From positions 1-46,804 of IMG/VR virus record IMGVR_UViG_3300028588_000644: DNA of 46,804 bases; one strand, written 5' to 3'. Positions 46,449 to 46,804 of the stretch are shown piece by piece. Position numbers and translations under genes: made by a program. Positions within the stretch are counted from its first letter, which is position 1; the number at the start of each line of letters is the position of its first letter. The notes beneath the pieces were generated by a model. It did no database searches and was not told the origin of the DNA. It saw only the letters and a program-made list of their open reading frames with translations. This stretch comes from a virus (Duplodnaviria; Caudoviricetes).

Positions 46449-46804
46449 ATGGATTACGATAGAGAACAATATTCTGCTGCTTTAAAGGCGTTGCAAGCGA
46501 AATACATCAATGAGGAAGTCTCGCTCGACCAAGACAGCGCTAGGGAGTTTGATGAAAGTTTCGCCAAGTTCTTGCATCTGGGTAGAAAAACCTTGCCGGG
46601 ACTAGACAATGTGGTGCTGGACGACAGCGTTCACCCTCTCATCATACAGACCGCCTGGCAAATAGCGTTTGATGTAAAGGATGAAAAATATACACCTGAG
46701 CTGGCAGCGAGGGAGATAGTATACTTCTCAATTTTTTTATTAAACATAGGCAATAAAGAGGAAGGCGCGGTCTCGACCGTGGATAATTTTAGAAATAATT
46801 TTAC
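46449..46804 (+). CDS. Partial hypothetical protein running off the window
   Basis: ATG at 46449 (MDYDREQYSAALKALQAKY...), open to the end. Confidence 0.6.
   Translation, partial: MDYDREQYSAALKALQAKYINEEVSLDQDSAREFDESFAKFLHLGRKTLPGLDNVVLDDSVHPLIIQTAWQIAFDVKDEKYTPELAAREIVYFSIFLLNIGNKEEGAVSTVDNFRNNF

Noticed and set aside
1-46804. Stop-codon recoding, tRNA or rRNA genes
   Set aside because: Genes are intact under the standard bacterial code; no cloverleaf or rRNA-like sequence recognised

Overview
Bacteroidota DNA, most likely Flavobacterium-like (inferred from TAnnTTTG -7 promoter elements and gene families). About 1-2070 is host-like sequence: a partial secreted-protein gene and a TlpA-family lipoprotein. 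The rest is a near-complete temperate siphovirus-type prophage. In order: (1) an AT-rich accessory/defence block on the minus strand (HTH-ImmA/IrrE peptidase plus partner, transglutaminase-like protein, lipoprotein, LRR-Roc-COR protein with a TIR/DUF4062-like tail); (2) CI-like repressor and switch region; (3) early recombination/replication genes (SbcC-like ATPase, RecT, MBL nuclease, nucleoid-associated protein, initiator, DnaC-like loader, beta clamp, PcfK/AcrIIA9-like, PcfJ); (4) packaging, head, tail and lysis genes. No integrase, att direct repeat, tRNA, CRISPR array or reverse transcriptase is visible. Best leads: two copies of a perfect 10-1-10 palindrome (Fur-box-like) at the capsid and tail-fibre promoters, each within a repeated terminator/antisense-moron/promoter slot; a Roco protein with a TIR-like effector; a RosmerTA-like pair; two dif-like sites flanking a 4.5 kb module; a phage clamp next to a PcfK protein with a clamp-binding tail; and a 1-bp frameshift in a tail gene. 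All family calls come from motif recognition by eye, not database searches.
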